Origin: a virus
Taxonomy: Duplodnaviria; Caudoviricetes
Virus record (IMG/VR): IMGVR_UViG_3300048861_000178
Location: 251,191-315,190 of that record
DNA: 64,000 bases
Reading direction: 5' to 3' (one strand)
Shown here one piece after another: positions 48,694 through 57,894 of this stretch. A program made the translations under genes and the position numbers. Every line of letters starts with the position of its first letter. Position 1 is the stretch's first letter. A model generated the notes under the pieces. The model was not told the origin of the DNA. It worked only from the letters and a program-made list of their open reading frames with translations, and made no database searches.

Positions 48694-49554
48694 ATGCGCA
48701 TGTTTGAGCAAGCGATTGCAGAACGGGAAGTTGGTCAGTATCCTCTTTCGGTTGCGACGTCGCTTGCGCTCGAAGGCGCATGCGGTATCCATCCGGATCA
48801 TGACCCAAAAGTCAAGAAAGCCCCGCTGTTAGATTACGGCGAGCTGTGGATTAACCTGCGAACGCTGTTTCGCAACTTCATGGGTGCCTTACCGAAGGAG
48901 GTGCAAGGCGGGGTCGTGCCACGTCAACTGGACGAAGGCATTCGCGATGAAATGGATCAGATCAAGCGGATCGTGCAGGAGTTTACGCACAATCATTGCA
49001 AGGTCGTGTTTTACGTGAGCAACTACGCGGGCATGAAGGAGAAGTATCCGCATGCCAAGCTACGCGGAGCTAACACGGATAAGCAGCAAGAGTATATGGA
49101 AATCAAAAACCAGACGCTCGCGCTGCTGCTGAAGTCCCTGGAGCAACAAGGCGGCGAAGACATTCGAGTGTTCAAGCTCAAGCTCTTCCCGCAGCAGCAA
49201 GCCAAGACGCTGATCTTCACGCACTTTGCGTACGATCTGTTGTCGTGGAAAGCCTTCTCCTCGTTAGACCTGTTGGAGTCCAACACGGGCAACGTCAAGA
49301 AGCGGGCGCAATGGTACACCAAGTACCAGAACGGTCGTGAACTCTCGATGATCCCGTTTCGGGAAGATTTCATCCAGGTCTTTGGGGATTCGCGCACCTT
49401 TTTCCAGATGCCGATTCGCATTCGGCGACAGGTGATCGAGCTGGCAACGAAGTACAACTGGTCGGCGGTAACGACGGATGAGAAGATCCGCCAGAACATC
49501 GGTCAGTTGGAGGATTTGGAGACGCGCAAGCTGCTCCTAGAAATCCTAGTGTAA
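48694..49554 (+). CDS. Conserved protein, possible degenerate PIN/FEN-like fold (phiKZ gp66-like by position)
   Basis: 286 aa; WINLRTLFRN, VVFY and THFAYDLL pattern; fold call is tentative. Confidence 0.45.
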   Translation: MRMFEQAIAEREVGQYPLSVATSLALEGACGIHPDHDPKVKKAPLLDYGELWINLRTLFRNFMGALPKEVQGGVVPRQLDEGIRDEMDQIKRIVQEFTHNHCKVVFYVSNYAGMKEKYPHAKLRGANTDKQQEYMEIKNQTLALLLKSLEQQGGEDIRVFKLKLFPQQQAKTLIFTHFAYDLLSWKAFSSLDLLESNTGNVKKRAQWYTKYQNGRELSMIPFREDFIQVFGDSRTFFQMPIRIRRQVIELATKYNWSAVTTDEKIRQNIGQLEDLETRKLLLEILV

Positions 49555-49609
49555 ATTTATTCACCCGACCTATGGTCTGAGTACCATAAAACCAATAGGA
49601 AAACGCATC

Positions 49610-50368
49610 ATGGCAGGCGATTTCAAAGCAGCACCGCGCAAGAAGACTCCGCTCGACAACAAGAAGCTGCAGATGTCGGCGAAGAACCAGGAAGGCAAAT
49701 TCGCGTCGCTCCAGTGGGGGCTTTTCGCGAACAACCCGCGTATCACTGTTTACACGAATGTGGACAGCGACCGCGACACGAACTACGGCAAGATCAGCGC
49801 GAACATGGATACGCCTGCTTTCTACGGCTTCCTGAACCTGCTGCGTCAAGCGATCGACTTCATCCCCGGCACCGGCGGCAAGGACGAGTTCAAGAACTCG
49901 ATCGAGAACAAGAACTTCATCTTCCCCGGCGGCAAGCGCAGCGAAAAGCCGGTGGTGCAGTCCGAACTGTTCGTCGGCAAGGACAAGGACGGCGTGGTGT
50001 GGATGGGTGTGATGGCCAAGGACCGGCCGCGCATCAAGTTCAACTTCCAGCTCTCGGATTTCCATTTGCTCAAGCACGGCACGGGCGAGTACTACTCGGC
50101 GGCCGAAGCCTCGAAGGTCGCCGCTGAAGCGTACTGGAATCTGCTCACCGAGATGCTCGCGCACATGCAAGTGTCGCACTGGGAAGAACCGATTCCGAAG
50201 GAAGGCGGCCAGGGCGGTGGCTTCAATCGTGGCGGTGGCGGCGGTGGTGGTTACAACCGTGGTGGTGGTCAAGGCGGTGGCGGCGGGTATAACCGCGGCG
50301 GTGGCGGCGGCAACGATTCGGGCTTCGCAGGTGGTAGCGACGGCGCCGGAGACGACTTGCCCTTCTAA
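49610..50368 (+). CDS. chmC: ChmC-like nucleus-associated nucleic-acid-binding protein (phiKZ gp67-like)
   Basis: Directly upstream of the gp68-like gene; beta-rich domain plus Gly/RGG disordered tail. Confidence 0.65.
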   Translation: MAGDFKAAPRKKTPLDNKKLQMSAKNQEGKFASLQWGLFANNPRITVYTNVDSDRDTNYGKISANMDTPAFYGFLNLLRQAIDFIPGTGGKDEFKNSIENKNFIFPGGKRSEKPVVQSELFVGKDKDGVVWMGVMAKDRPRIKFNFQLSDFHLLKHGTGEYYSAAEASKVAAEAYWNLLTEMLAHMQVSHWEEPIPKEGGQGGGFNRGGGGGGGYNRGGGQGGGGGYNRGGGGGNDSGFAGGSDGAGDDLPF

Positions 50369-50488
50369 GCACCCGGCAGTAGCTTAGCTTAATGGATACA
50401 CTCCCTCAGACCGCGCTTGGGTAGGCGCGGTCTGATGGGGGTGATCCAGCCTTTTCCTAACACGACAGAATACCCGAGAATCCCTCGT

Positions 50489-50527
50489 GGATTCAAACTC
50501 GTTGAAAACCTATATTACTACACTGAG
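50489..50527 (+). promoter_or_regulatory. Early promoter, TATATTAC type
   Basis: GGATTCAAACTCGTTGAAAACCTATATTAC; implies the downstream gene starts at ATG 50571. Confidence 0.7.
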
Positions 50528-50570
50528 CAGTATCCAAAGAGTCGTTACAACGTTTATTACGCAGGAGAAA

Positions 50571-52139
50571 ATGATGCGTGTAGTCACCGATCGGGAAGGC
50601 CATCTGGGAGACCAGACGGTTGCGCTCCTCCGTCACCGTGATCAGGAACTGAAGTGGAATATCAAGCTGATTGATAAGGCGTCGATCAAGCCTGATGTGG
50701 ACATCTTCCACCAGATCAATGGCTTCTGGGACAAGCAACCGATGGATGCCCAGGACAAGATCTTCGAGGTGTACAAGCGCATTCACATCACCTTCGATGA
50801 AATCTGGGAAACCGAGGATCTGGCTCGGGCGCTGTTGCCCCAGATCGCTGAGCTGTGCGCGCTGCACAAGCTCGACGATGTGCGCTCGTGGATTGATTTC
50901 CACAGCGACATTGCCATGCCGCACAACCTCAACGAGGAATACGGCGACAGTCATAGCGCCATCGGCACGCGAGATCGTACCTATCTGCGCGAAGACTATA
51001 AGCAGCTCGTGGTACTGAGTGTCGTGCTGCGACCGATGCTGCTGGTGTGGGGCGAGTATGTGTTTCGCACCGAGAAGGAACACGGGACCAACTGGAAGGA
51101 GTACAAGGCGTTCCAGTTGCTCTCGCAGTCGTACATTCTGGCTGAAGGTCAGTGCCCGCCGATGGAACGGTTGCAGAAGTACGTGGAATTGAGCTTGCCG
51201 CAAACGAAGGAATTCGATTCGGCGATTCTCGACGGGATTTCCACGGAAGACTTTTCCACCTGGGTGCTGGCGCTGGTGGTGATTCGCCGTCTGACCATTG
51301 GCGACATCAGCGGCACCGATCCGGATTTCAATCTCGTGGCGTTTATCTACCGCTACGTGGGTCAGAAGGTCAAGGGCCATGACCACAGCTTCATGGGCAT
51401 GGTCAAACCCAAGATTCCGGAAAGCCAGTCGGGCGATAGTGAAAACAATCTCTCGAAGTTGGAAGGCTACAAGGTCAAGCAGGAAATTCCCGCAGGTGAC
51501 ATCGCAATCGTCGAGCACTACATCAGCGACACCACCAAACTGGCGTTGCGTGTGTGCCCGGAGCTTAAGGAGAACCTCGGGATTTTGTTGGAATCGTTGG
51601 ATGCGGTCAAACAACTGACCAACGAACACATCTGGGACCCGCAGTTGGCGTTGATCCAGTGGACGCTGGAAGACGCGGTGAGTCCCCGTGCATTTCCGTA
51701 TCTCTCGAAGAAATCCGTGCTGGAGGCCATGGGAGTGGCACAGGCTGTACTCTGGCAACGGGGTCACTTCGAGCTGGCTGGGCTGATGACAGCAGTGGCC
51801 CAGTCGAACGCACAGGAATTGCAGCTGACTGGTGTGATTCCCCAAGCCCGGATTCCGGCGAACATGGTGGAGGAGTTGAATAAGCTCTATCCGCATGCAC
51901 GACGGCAGTCTGGCAAGCAGAAGTCACAAAAGGAAAAGAATGTCGCTGTACTGGGCATCGACCACGTGACCAAGCAACTTCGCGAACATGAGTGGCGCTT
52001 AACCGTGCCCGCGGGATGGCTCGCGAAGGTCGTCCAAAACACCAATGATCGCCGGTACGCGGTGCCTTACGATATAAAGATCAAAATGGCAAAACTGGCG
52101 ATCGAAATCGCAACGAATCAAGCAAACAGGAGCGTTTGA
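50571..52139 (+). CDS. Non-virion RNAP fifth (sigma-like) subunit (phiKZ gp68-like)
   Basis: 522 aa, AGGAG RBS, position between chmC and picA; RTYLREDY..L motif. Confidence 0.7.
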   Translation: MMRVVTDREGHLGDQTVALLRHRDQELKWNIKLIDKASIKPDVDIFHQINGFWDKQPMDAQDKIFEVYKRIHITFDEIWETEDLARALLPQIAELCALHKLDDVRSWIDFHSDIAMPHNLNEEYGDSHSAIGTRDRTYLREDYKQLVVLSVVLRPMLLVWGEYVFRTEKEHGTNWKEYKAFQLLSQSYILAEGQCPPMERLQKYVELSLPQTKEFDSAILDGISTEDFSTWVLALVVIRRLTIGDISGTDPDFNLVAFIYRYVGQKVKGHDHSFMGMVKPKIPESQSGDSENNLSKLEGYKVKQEIPAGDIAIVEHYISDTTKLALRVCPELKENLGILLESLDAVKQLTNEHIWDPQLALIQWTLEDAVSPRAFPYLSKKSVLEAMGVAQAVLWQRGHFELAGLMTAVAQSNAQELQLTGVIPQARIPANMVEELNKLYPHARRQSGKQKSQKEKNVAVLGIDHVTKQLREHEWRLTVPAGWLAKVVQNTNDRRYAVPYDIKIKMAKLAIEIATNQANRSV

Positions 52140-52141
52140 AC

Positions 52142-53665
52142 ATGCTGAACAACTTCGTAGGTAACGGGATGGGTGACAAGTTTCGTGTGCGTCAGCTTGT
52201 CATGGTCGAGACCGGTGGTCACGGCCAACAGTACCGTCGACCGTACGAAACGGTCGTGACGCCGAACGTGGAACAGCTGGTGGCGGACCGGTTGGACCCG
52301 AAGCAACCGGCCACTCCGGCGTCCCTCGCCGGGGTTGCGAATCAGTTTATCCTGCCCTCGGCAGCGTGGGAAAAGGAAGTCGTGATCCCGAACGGTTGGG
52401 GAGAGCGGCGCTTGCGCTTCATGATGCTGTTGGACCACATCGGACCGGCAGGGGTCGAAATCACGCAGGTCATCACTGGCTACTCGGAGTATTTTGATCC
52501 GACTCTGCAGGGCAACATCGACCCGCACATGTTCTTCTACGTGAATTCCACCATGGCTTTGCGCCGGGTCACCGCCCGCACCGCCATCGGCAATCGCGAC
52601 TATTACAACGTCGCGGATGCGGCGCACGTGATCGTCGACAATGCGTGGGAGAACGTGCATCAGCCGAACAAGGAATTCCGCATGCGCCCTGCGGACGTGT
52701 ATTCGACCATGACCCGTATCCATCTCGGCCAAGAGACGAATGCGGACATGAACGACACACGCACCCTGGTCACGGGTCTGCCGCAAAAGTCGTGGCGACG
52801 CAATGCCAATACGACGGCTTACGCGTCGGCGCTGTTTGAAAACTATCAGACGGCGCTGAAGCTCGATGCGTTTGGTCAGTCGCACGACCAGATTCTCTCG
52901 CAAGCGCGCGGCCATTCGGTCGAACAGTCCGTGGCGCAAGATCCGTTCATGAACGCGATCAACAAGATCCGGGGCAGTCAGAACGGCAACTCCTTCACGA
53001 TCAACGATCTGTTGCGTCTGGACCCGCACGCGATGGACGATGACATCGCGCTGCTCTCGTATCAGGGCCAAGCCTCGCCGATCAACCCGATGGGCGGGCA
53101 ACACGGGGGCTTCTTCAACAACACCTCGAGTGAAGTGGGTTGGGGTGGTTCGAACCAGTACACGCAGGTGGCAACGATTATCGCGCATTCGATCCCGGCT
53201 ATCATGGTCGAGTCCGCGATCGCCAACATCATCGTGCACTGTACGAATCGCAATGAATTCCGTGAGCCGCAGATCATCATCTCCGGCATGCGGGACTTCC
53301 CGTCGATGGCAGGCACCACGATCGACATGACGCAGTTTATCGAGAAGTTCAAGTGGCGAGTGGCCAACGAAGTGCTGAACGATGTGTCGTACAGCAACAC
53401 GCTGGATTACGCGTTTAACCTGAAGCTCGATTTGCTGGGTGAGTCGATCCTGGAGATCTCCATGAATGGCGGGCCTTTCGATACCTTCACGCTGCCGAGC
53501 TTCTGCGATGCCCTGCTCGTGCCGATCGTGACCAACAACGATCAGCGCGCGCTCGCATTGGCGACGGACTTCAATAGCCTCTTTAATGCGGTGTTGAATT
53601 CCAACGACATCGCACCGGGTGCGTCGTACCATGGCACGGCCGGGGTGCAATTCGGTCAACTGTAA
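52142..53665 (+). CDS. picA: PicA/Imp1 nuclear protein-import factor (phiKZ gp69-like)
   Basis: About 507 aa following the gp68-like gene; QYRRPY, IPNGWGERRLRF, RPADV and PSFCDAL motifs; TTG 52136 is an alternative start. Confidence 0.72.
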   Translation: MLNNFVGNGMGDKFRVRQLVMVETGGHGQQYRRPYETVVTPNVEQLVADRLDPKQPATPASLAGVANQFILPSAAWEKEVVIPNGWGERRLRFMMLLDHIGPAGVEITQVITGYSEYFDPTLQGNIDPHMFFYVNSTMALRRVTARTAIGNRDYYNVADAAHVIVDNAWENVHQPNKEFRMRPADVYSTMTRIHLGQETNADMNDTRTLVTGLPQKSWRRNANTTAYASALFENYQTALKLDAFGQSHDQILSQARGHSVEQSVAQDPFMNAINKIRGSQNGNSFTINDLLRLDPHAMDDDIALLSYQGQASPINPMGGQHGGFFNNTSSEVGWGGSNQYTQVATIIAHSIPAIMVESAIANIIVHCTNRNEFREPQIIISGMRDFPSMAGTTIDMTQFIEKFKWRVANEVLNDVSYSNTLDYAFNLKLDLLGESILEISMNGGPFDTFTLPSFCDALLVPIVTNNDQRALALATDFNSLFNAVLNSNDIAPGASYHGTAGVQFGQL

Positions 53666-53703
53666 ACAAGGAACCCCCTAGGCAACTAGGGTAGGAGAGA
53701 AGA

Positions 53704-55056
53704 ATGAGTAAAATGTTGAAGTTCTACGAAGCCGTGCTGGATGCGGCAGGGTTGACCGTGACTGCCGACGGTTGCGTCTCGATCAAAACGAGCAAGGACA
53801 GCAAGCCCCTCACCATGAAGGGCAAGCGTCTGGTACTCCCCACACGGGAACACCAGGCCAATCCGAGCCCGGACACCAAGGTGTTGTTCCATCCGTTACA
53901 GGAAAACGTGATGCGGGGCGAATCGGAAGTATTCGAGCGCTTTCGCATGGCGATCAATGGTCGCATGAACGTGGTGTTCGGCACTATCGTGCATACGCTC
54001 CTGCAACTCGGCACCAGCCAAGCCGAGCAGCATAAGCTCAGCCCCGAGCAAAGCGAATTCCTCTCCAAGGTGAAGAATGCCGACGAGAAGACGCTCGCTG
54101 CGCTGAAGAAAATCATGGATAGCCTCAGTGCGACGCAGCACCAGAAGCTCTTCGTGTCGATCTTCATCAAACGGGGCGGCACGGTCGGCGACAAGCGCTA
54201 CGCGCGCGTCGGGGTGGCACACTTCCCGTTCTACAACGAACTGAAGAAGGGTGAAAGCGAACTGCATGGCGTGAAGCTGCGCGTGAAGGATCGTGAAGCC
54301 CTGATCGGCCTGCTGGACTACATCTTGCCCGAGCAAGACATCGCCGGGGTGTACAACCGTGGCTCGAATAGCACGATTGCGCCGTCCATCGAAGCGTTGT
54401 TGCTGACGGTGAAAGCGATTGCGGCACCGCTGAACGATCTGATCTCGCGCTTCGAAGGCATCCTGCCGGAGAATCTGCTCGTGAACGCGGATTGGGTCGA
54501 CCAGCTGGAAAACCTCGACGAACTGCTGCCGGAAATTCGTTCCACGCCGATGCAAGCGGGCAACGAAGGTACGGTGCCGGGTACGGAAGCCGAGAAGCAA
54601 CAGCAAATCGCGCAGACCCAGACGGCCTTCAATGCGCCTGCAGGTTCCTCGACGCACGGCGCAGCAGGTGTCACGCTGGCAGCTCAGCGTCCGGCTACTC
54701 CGCCGCCTGCTACGCCGGGTTGGCCTGCTGCGCAACCGTCGGTTCCGGCCTCCAGCAGTGCCCCGGTGCGCACCGCGACGGGTGGTACGGACTTCGAAGC
54801 GCTGGTGCGCTCCAAGCCCGCACTGCAACAAGCGGTGGGTTACGGCAGCTCGCATGGCTGGAATCCGGGTCAGGCTTGGCAACCGCAACCGCCGCAACGC
54901 GCGTCGCTCTCCAATCCGGTCGGCCCGGTCGGCAATCCCGGCTGGGGCGGTGGTAACCAGTGGGGCGGTCAGCCGCAGCAGCAATGGGGCCAGCAAGGCG
55001 GTAGCTGGAACCAAGGTGGCGGGGGCTGGAATCAGCAACCGGCAGTGCGCCTGTAA
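53704..55056 (+). CDS. Nucleus-associated protein (phiKZ gp70-like) with Q/G/W low-complexity tail
   Basis: 450 aa between picA and nvRNAP beta; FHPLQENVMRGES motif. Confidence 0.65.
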   Translation: MSKMLKFYEAVLDAAGLTVTADGCVSIKTSKDSKPLTMKGKRLVLPTREHQANPSPDTKVLFHPLQENVMRGESEVFERFRMAINGRMNVVFGTIVHTLLQLGTSQAEQHKLSPEQSEFLSKVKNADEKTLAALKKIMDSLSATQHQKLFVSIFIKRGGTVGDKRYARVGVAHFPFYNELKKGESELHGVKLRVKDREALIGLLDYILPEQDIAGVYNRGSNSTIAPSIEALLLTVKAIAAPLNDLISRFEGILPENLLVNADWVDQLENLDELLPEIRSTPMQAGNEGTVPGTEAEKQQQIAQTQTAFNAPAGSSTHGAAGVTLAAQRPATPPPATPGWPAAQPSVPASSSAPVRTATGGTDFEALVRSKPALQQAVGYGSSHGWNPGQAWQPQPPQRASLSNPVGPVGNPGWGGGNQWGGQPQQQWGQQGGSWNQGGGGWNQQPAVRL

Positions 55057-55074
55057 GTAGGTTGCGGCCCTTAA

Positions 55075-55128
55075 CGGCATAACAGCAGAGGGCTTCGGCC
55101 CTCTGCTGCTTACCGATCTTCTTTTTTT
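55075..55128. terminator. Bidirectional terminator: T run on plus, TATGCCG on minus
   Basis: CGGCATAAC then AGCAGAGGGC-TTCG-GCCCTCTGCT between convergent genes. Confidence 0.7.
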
Positions 55129-55159
55129 ATTCCAGGAGGTTATCTATAGCGACTCTGTC

Positions 55160-55498
55160 TCACTTTACGCCCGATTTGGCATTCCAGACCGAGCGCAGTG
55201 ACTCCACAGTGTTCGGGTCCGGCAGGTAGTACGACTGCAAATCCTGCGTCATTTGATCCGGCGAGGTATAGCCCGAGAGGCGCATCACCAACCAATGGAG
55301 CTGATGAGGCACATTTTGCTGCTGCATCAGGCCATAGAAGTCATACTCGTACCGTACTGCGAGATACCCATCAATCGGCACCGCCTTGGTTGAGGCGAGT
55401 GTTTTCAACAGGGAGAAGTGGTCTTCTAAGACCCGTCGAAAACCGGGATTGTAGTAGTCCAGGTTATCCAGCCCAATCGAATACTTGTTAATATCCAT
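55160..55498 (-). CDS. Small protein, possible LysM/T4 gp53-like baseplate wedge fold
   Basis: DFYGLM..LHWLVMRLSGYTSP..YYLPD pattern; ATG 55498. Confidence 0.5.
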   Translation of the reverse strand: MDINKYSIGLDNLDYYNPGFRRVLEDHFSLLKTLASTKAVPIDGYLAVRYEYDFYGLMQQQNVPHQLHWLVMRLSGYTSPDQMTQDLQSYYLPDPNTVESLRSVWNAKSGVK

Positions 55499-55503
55499 CG
55501 TAT

Positions 55504-55542
55504 TCCACCTAAATAAAGTCAAACATATATTACTAATACGAA
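55504..55542 (+). promoter_or_regulatory. Early promoter, TATATTAC type
   Basis: TAAAGTCAAACATATATTACTAA upstream of nvRNAP beta. Confidence 0.65.
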
Positions 55543-55639
55543 GAGCCTCAGATGATTTCTGCGAATGCATTGCAAGAGTGCATTAGTGGAAGTCAGACGG
55601 GGTAATAGCGTAGGTCGTTACAACAAGGAAAGGTACGAG

Positions 55640-57865
55640 ATGAACGTTCATTCAGCACGGAAGGTCTATGAACCGCTTCCGGAACCTAATCAGCTTCTGC
55701 GGCAGCTGCTGGGTGTGTGTGGGTTGAATCCGTGGAAAGGGGCCAACTCTGCTTCGCGGGAGCAGATGTTCTCCAGCCACATCGGTCAGACGCTGGTGGT
55801 GAAGGGAGCCACGCCACGTTACTGTCAGACCGGCATGGAACGTGAGTTCGGCAAGTATACCTGGAACGTGAAAATGCCCAAGACGGGCCAGGTGTTGAAA
55901 GTGATCGACCGGTATCGGACCAGCTACGGCGCGGATTCGATCATTCAGGACCAGTGGCAAAATCCGCAGCAAGTGGTGATTTTCAAAACCACCGAAGGCG
56001 GTAGCGAAATTGGCATGATCAACATGCCGCGCTTTTGCTCACAGCATCAGTATTTCGGTTTTCCGTTTGTGAGTCGTCCGGCGCGCAGTAAGCTCGTGCA
56101 AGGCGCGGAAATCCAAGAAGGCGAGGTGTTCTTGGATTCCCCGTCTGTGACTGCGGACGGCGACTACAAGTACGGTGTGCAGTGCAACGTGGCGTACATG
56201 TCCATTCCGGGTGTGGCTGAGGACGGCATCGTGATTTCGCGCGATGTACTCGATCGCTTCAGCTTCAAGACGTATGAAACCCGTGTGGTCGAGTGGGGCA
56301 GCAAGCGCTTTCCGTTGAACCTGTACGGCGACTATAAGAAGTATAAGTCGTTTCCGGACATCGGCGAGATGGTGCGCGAAGACGGGCTGCTGATGATGCT
56401 GCGCAGCTACGATGAAAGCCTGGCAGTGGTGGAGCAGTCGGCTGCGGCGTTGCGTCGTCCGGACTTTACGTTCGACAAGGCGACCTATGTGCCCACGGGC
56501 GGCAAGGTGGTGGATATTCGCGTGCATCACGATGCGAATAACCAGAACACCAACGTGCCTGAAGGCATGGATACGCAGCCCTCGCGCTATGATCGGGCAC
56601 GGCGCGAGTTCTATCAGGAAATCATCCAGCTGTATAACTCGCAGAAGTCAAAGTATGCGGATGGCAAGCCGCGCCTGTCGCCGGAGTTTCACCGGCTGGT
56701 GGTGGAAGCGCTTAGCGTGGTCGGCAAGAACAGTGCCAGTCCGAGCGAATCCATCAAGAAGCTCTATCGTCAGGCCCCGCTCGATGATTGGCGGGTGGAA
56801 TTCGTGATCGAGTATGAAATCACCCCGACCATCGGCTTTAAGCTGACGGACTGCTTCGGCGGCAAGGGTGTGATCTGCAAGATCTGCGAACCGCATGAAA
56901 TGCCGATCGACGAGCATGGCAATCGCGCGGACATCATCGTCTCGGGTGAGTCCACCGTGAACCGCATGAACTACGGTCGTCTGTATGAGCCCTACATCAA
57001 TGCGGCCTCGCGTGACGTGATGAAGCGCATCGTGGCAAAGCTCGGGGTGGATCGTACCGACCCGGAGTACATGCTCACGAAGAAGCTTGCGCAGATGGAA
57101 ATCGAACAGCCGCAGCTGATCGACGAAGTCTGGGAGTACCTGATGGGCTACTATGCCATCGTGAGCCCGTTGCAACATAGTTGGTTCATGACGGGCTCGT
57201 ACACGCGCCCACGGGTCGAGCACTTGGCCAGTGTGATCCACATCATCAAGCACCACGACGGCACGATCGAGAATGCAGATGGCTTGCAGCTCTTCATGCC
57301 ACCGGAAAACGACCCGGCGTATATCCCGATGGTGCGGGCGATCCAGGAGCAGTATCCGCCTGTGTATGGTCCGGTCGCTTATACCGGCAACTCAGGCAAG
57401 AAGGTGGTGACCAAGAAGCCAGTGCGCATTGCATCGGTCTACATCATCATCCTGGAAAAGATCGCCGATGACTGGACCGCGGTGTCCTCGGGTAAGCTCC
57501 AGCACTTTGGGGTGCTCTCGCAGGTCACCAATGCCGACAAGTACGCAGCGCCCACGCGTACGCAGGCGATTCGAGCTTGGGGCGAGGCGGAAGTCCGGAT
57601 TGCCGTGTCGTATGCAGGTGCACGCATCACGGCCGACATCCTGGATCGCAACAACAATCCGTTTACGCACAAGCATATCCTCGAGCAAATCTTGCGGGCC
57701 GACAAACCCACGGGCATCGAGAAGGTGGTCGATCGCAGCATCGTGCCACTGGGCGGTTCCAAGCCGCTCCAACTCGTACGGCACGTCGCGCAATGCGGCG
57801 GCTGGAAGTTCGTGTACGAGCAGGCCGAACAAGGTTACACGCCGCGCCAGAAACTGGCTGCTTAA
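55640..57865 (+). CDS. Non-virion RNAP beta C-terminal subunit (phiKZ gp71-73-like), uninterrupted
   Basis: AEDGIVIS, GFKLTDCFGGKGVI, RMNYGRLYE and WGEAE motifs. Confidence 0.92.
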   Translation: MNVHSARKVYEPLPEPNQLLRQLLGVCGLNPWKGANSASREQMFSSHIGQTLVVKGATPRYCQTGMEREFGKYTWNVKMPKTGQVLKVIDRYRTSYGADSIIQDQWQNPQQVVIFKTTEGGSEIGMINMPRFCSQHQYFGFPFVSRPARSKLVQGAEIQEGEVFLDSPSVTADGDYKYGVQCNVAYMSIPGVAEDGIVISRDVLDRFSFKTYETRVVEWGSKRFPLNLYGDYKKYKSFPDIGEMVREDGLLMMLRSYDESLAVVEQSAAALRRPDFTFDKATYVPTGGKVVDIRVHHDANNQNTNVPEGMDTQPSRYDRARREFYQEIIQLYNSQKSKYADGKPRLSPEFHRLVVEALSVVGKNSASPSESIKKLYRQAPLDDWRVEFVIEYEITPTIGFKLTDCFGGKGVICKICEPHEMPIDEHGNRADIIVSGESTVNRMNYGRLYEPYINAASRDVMKRIVAKLGVDRTDPEYMLTKKLAQMEIEQPQLIDEVWEYLMGYYAIVSPLQHSWFMTGSYTRPRVEHLASVIHIIKHHDGTIENADGLQLFMPPENDPAYIPMVRAIQEQYPPVYGPVAYTGNSGKKVVTKKPVRIASVYIIILEKIADDWTAVSSGKLQHFGVLSQVTNADKYAAPTRTQAIRAWGEAEVRIAVSYAGARITADILDRNNNPFTHKHILEQILRADKPTGIEKVVDRSIVPLGGSKPLQLVRHVAQCGGWKFVYEQAEQGYTPRQKLAA

Positions 57866-57894
57866 TTAACGGATCATGAAACAAGGAGGATGCC

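Noticed and set aside
50208-50310. GGC/GGT-rich DNA tandem repeat
   Set aside because: Explained by poly-Gly coding in the ChmC-like tail.
44245-57865. Introns, inteins or homing endonucleases in nvRNAP genes, as in phiKZ gp55-56.1 and gp71-73
   Set aside because: Both genes are continuous here, with no HNH ORF or intein motifs seen.
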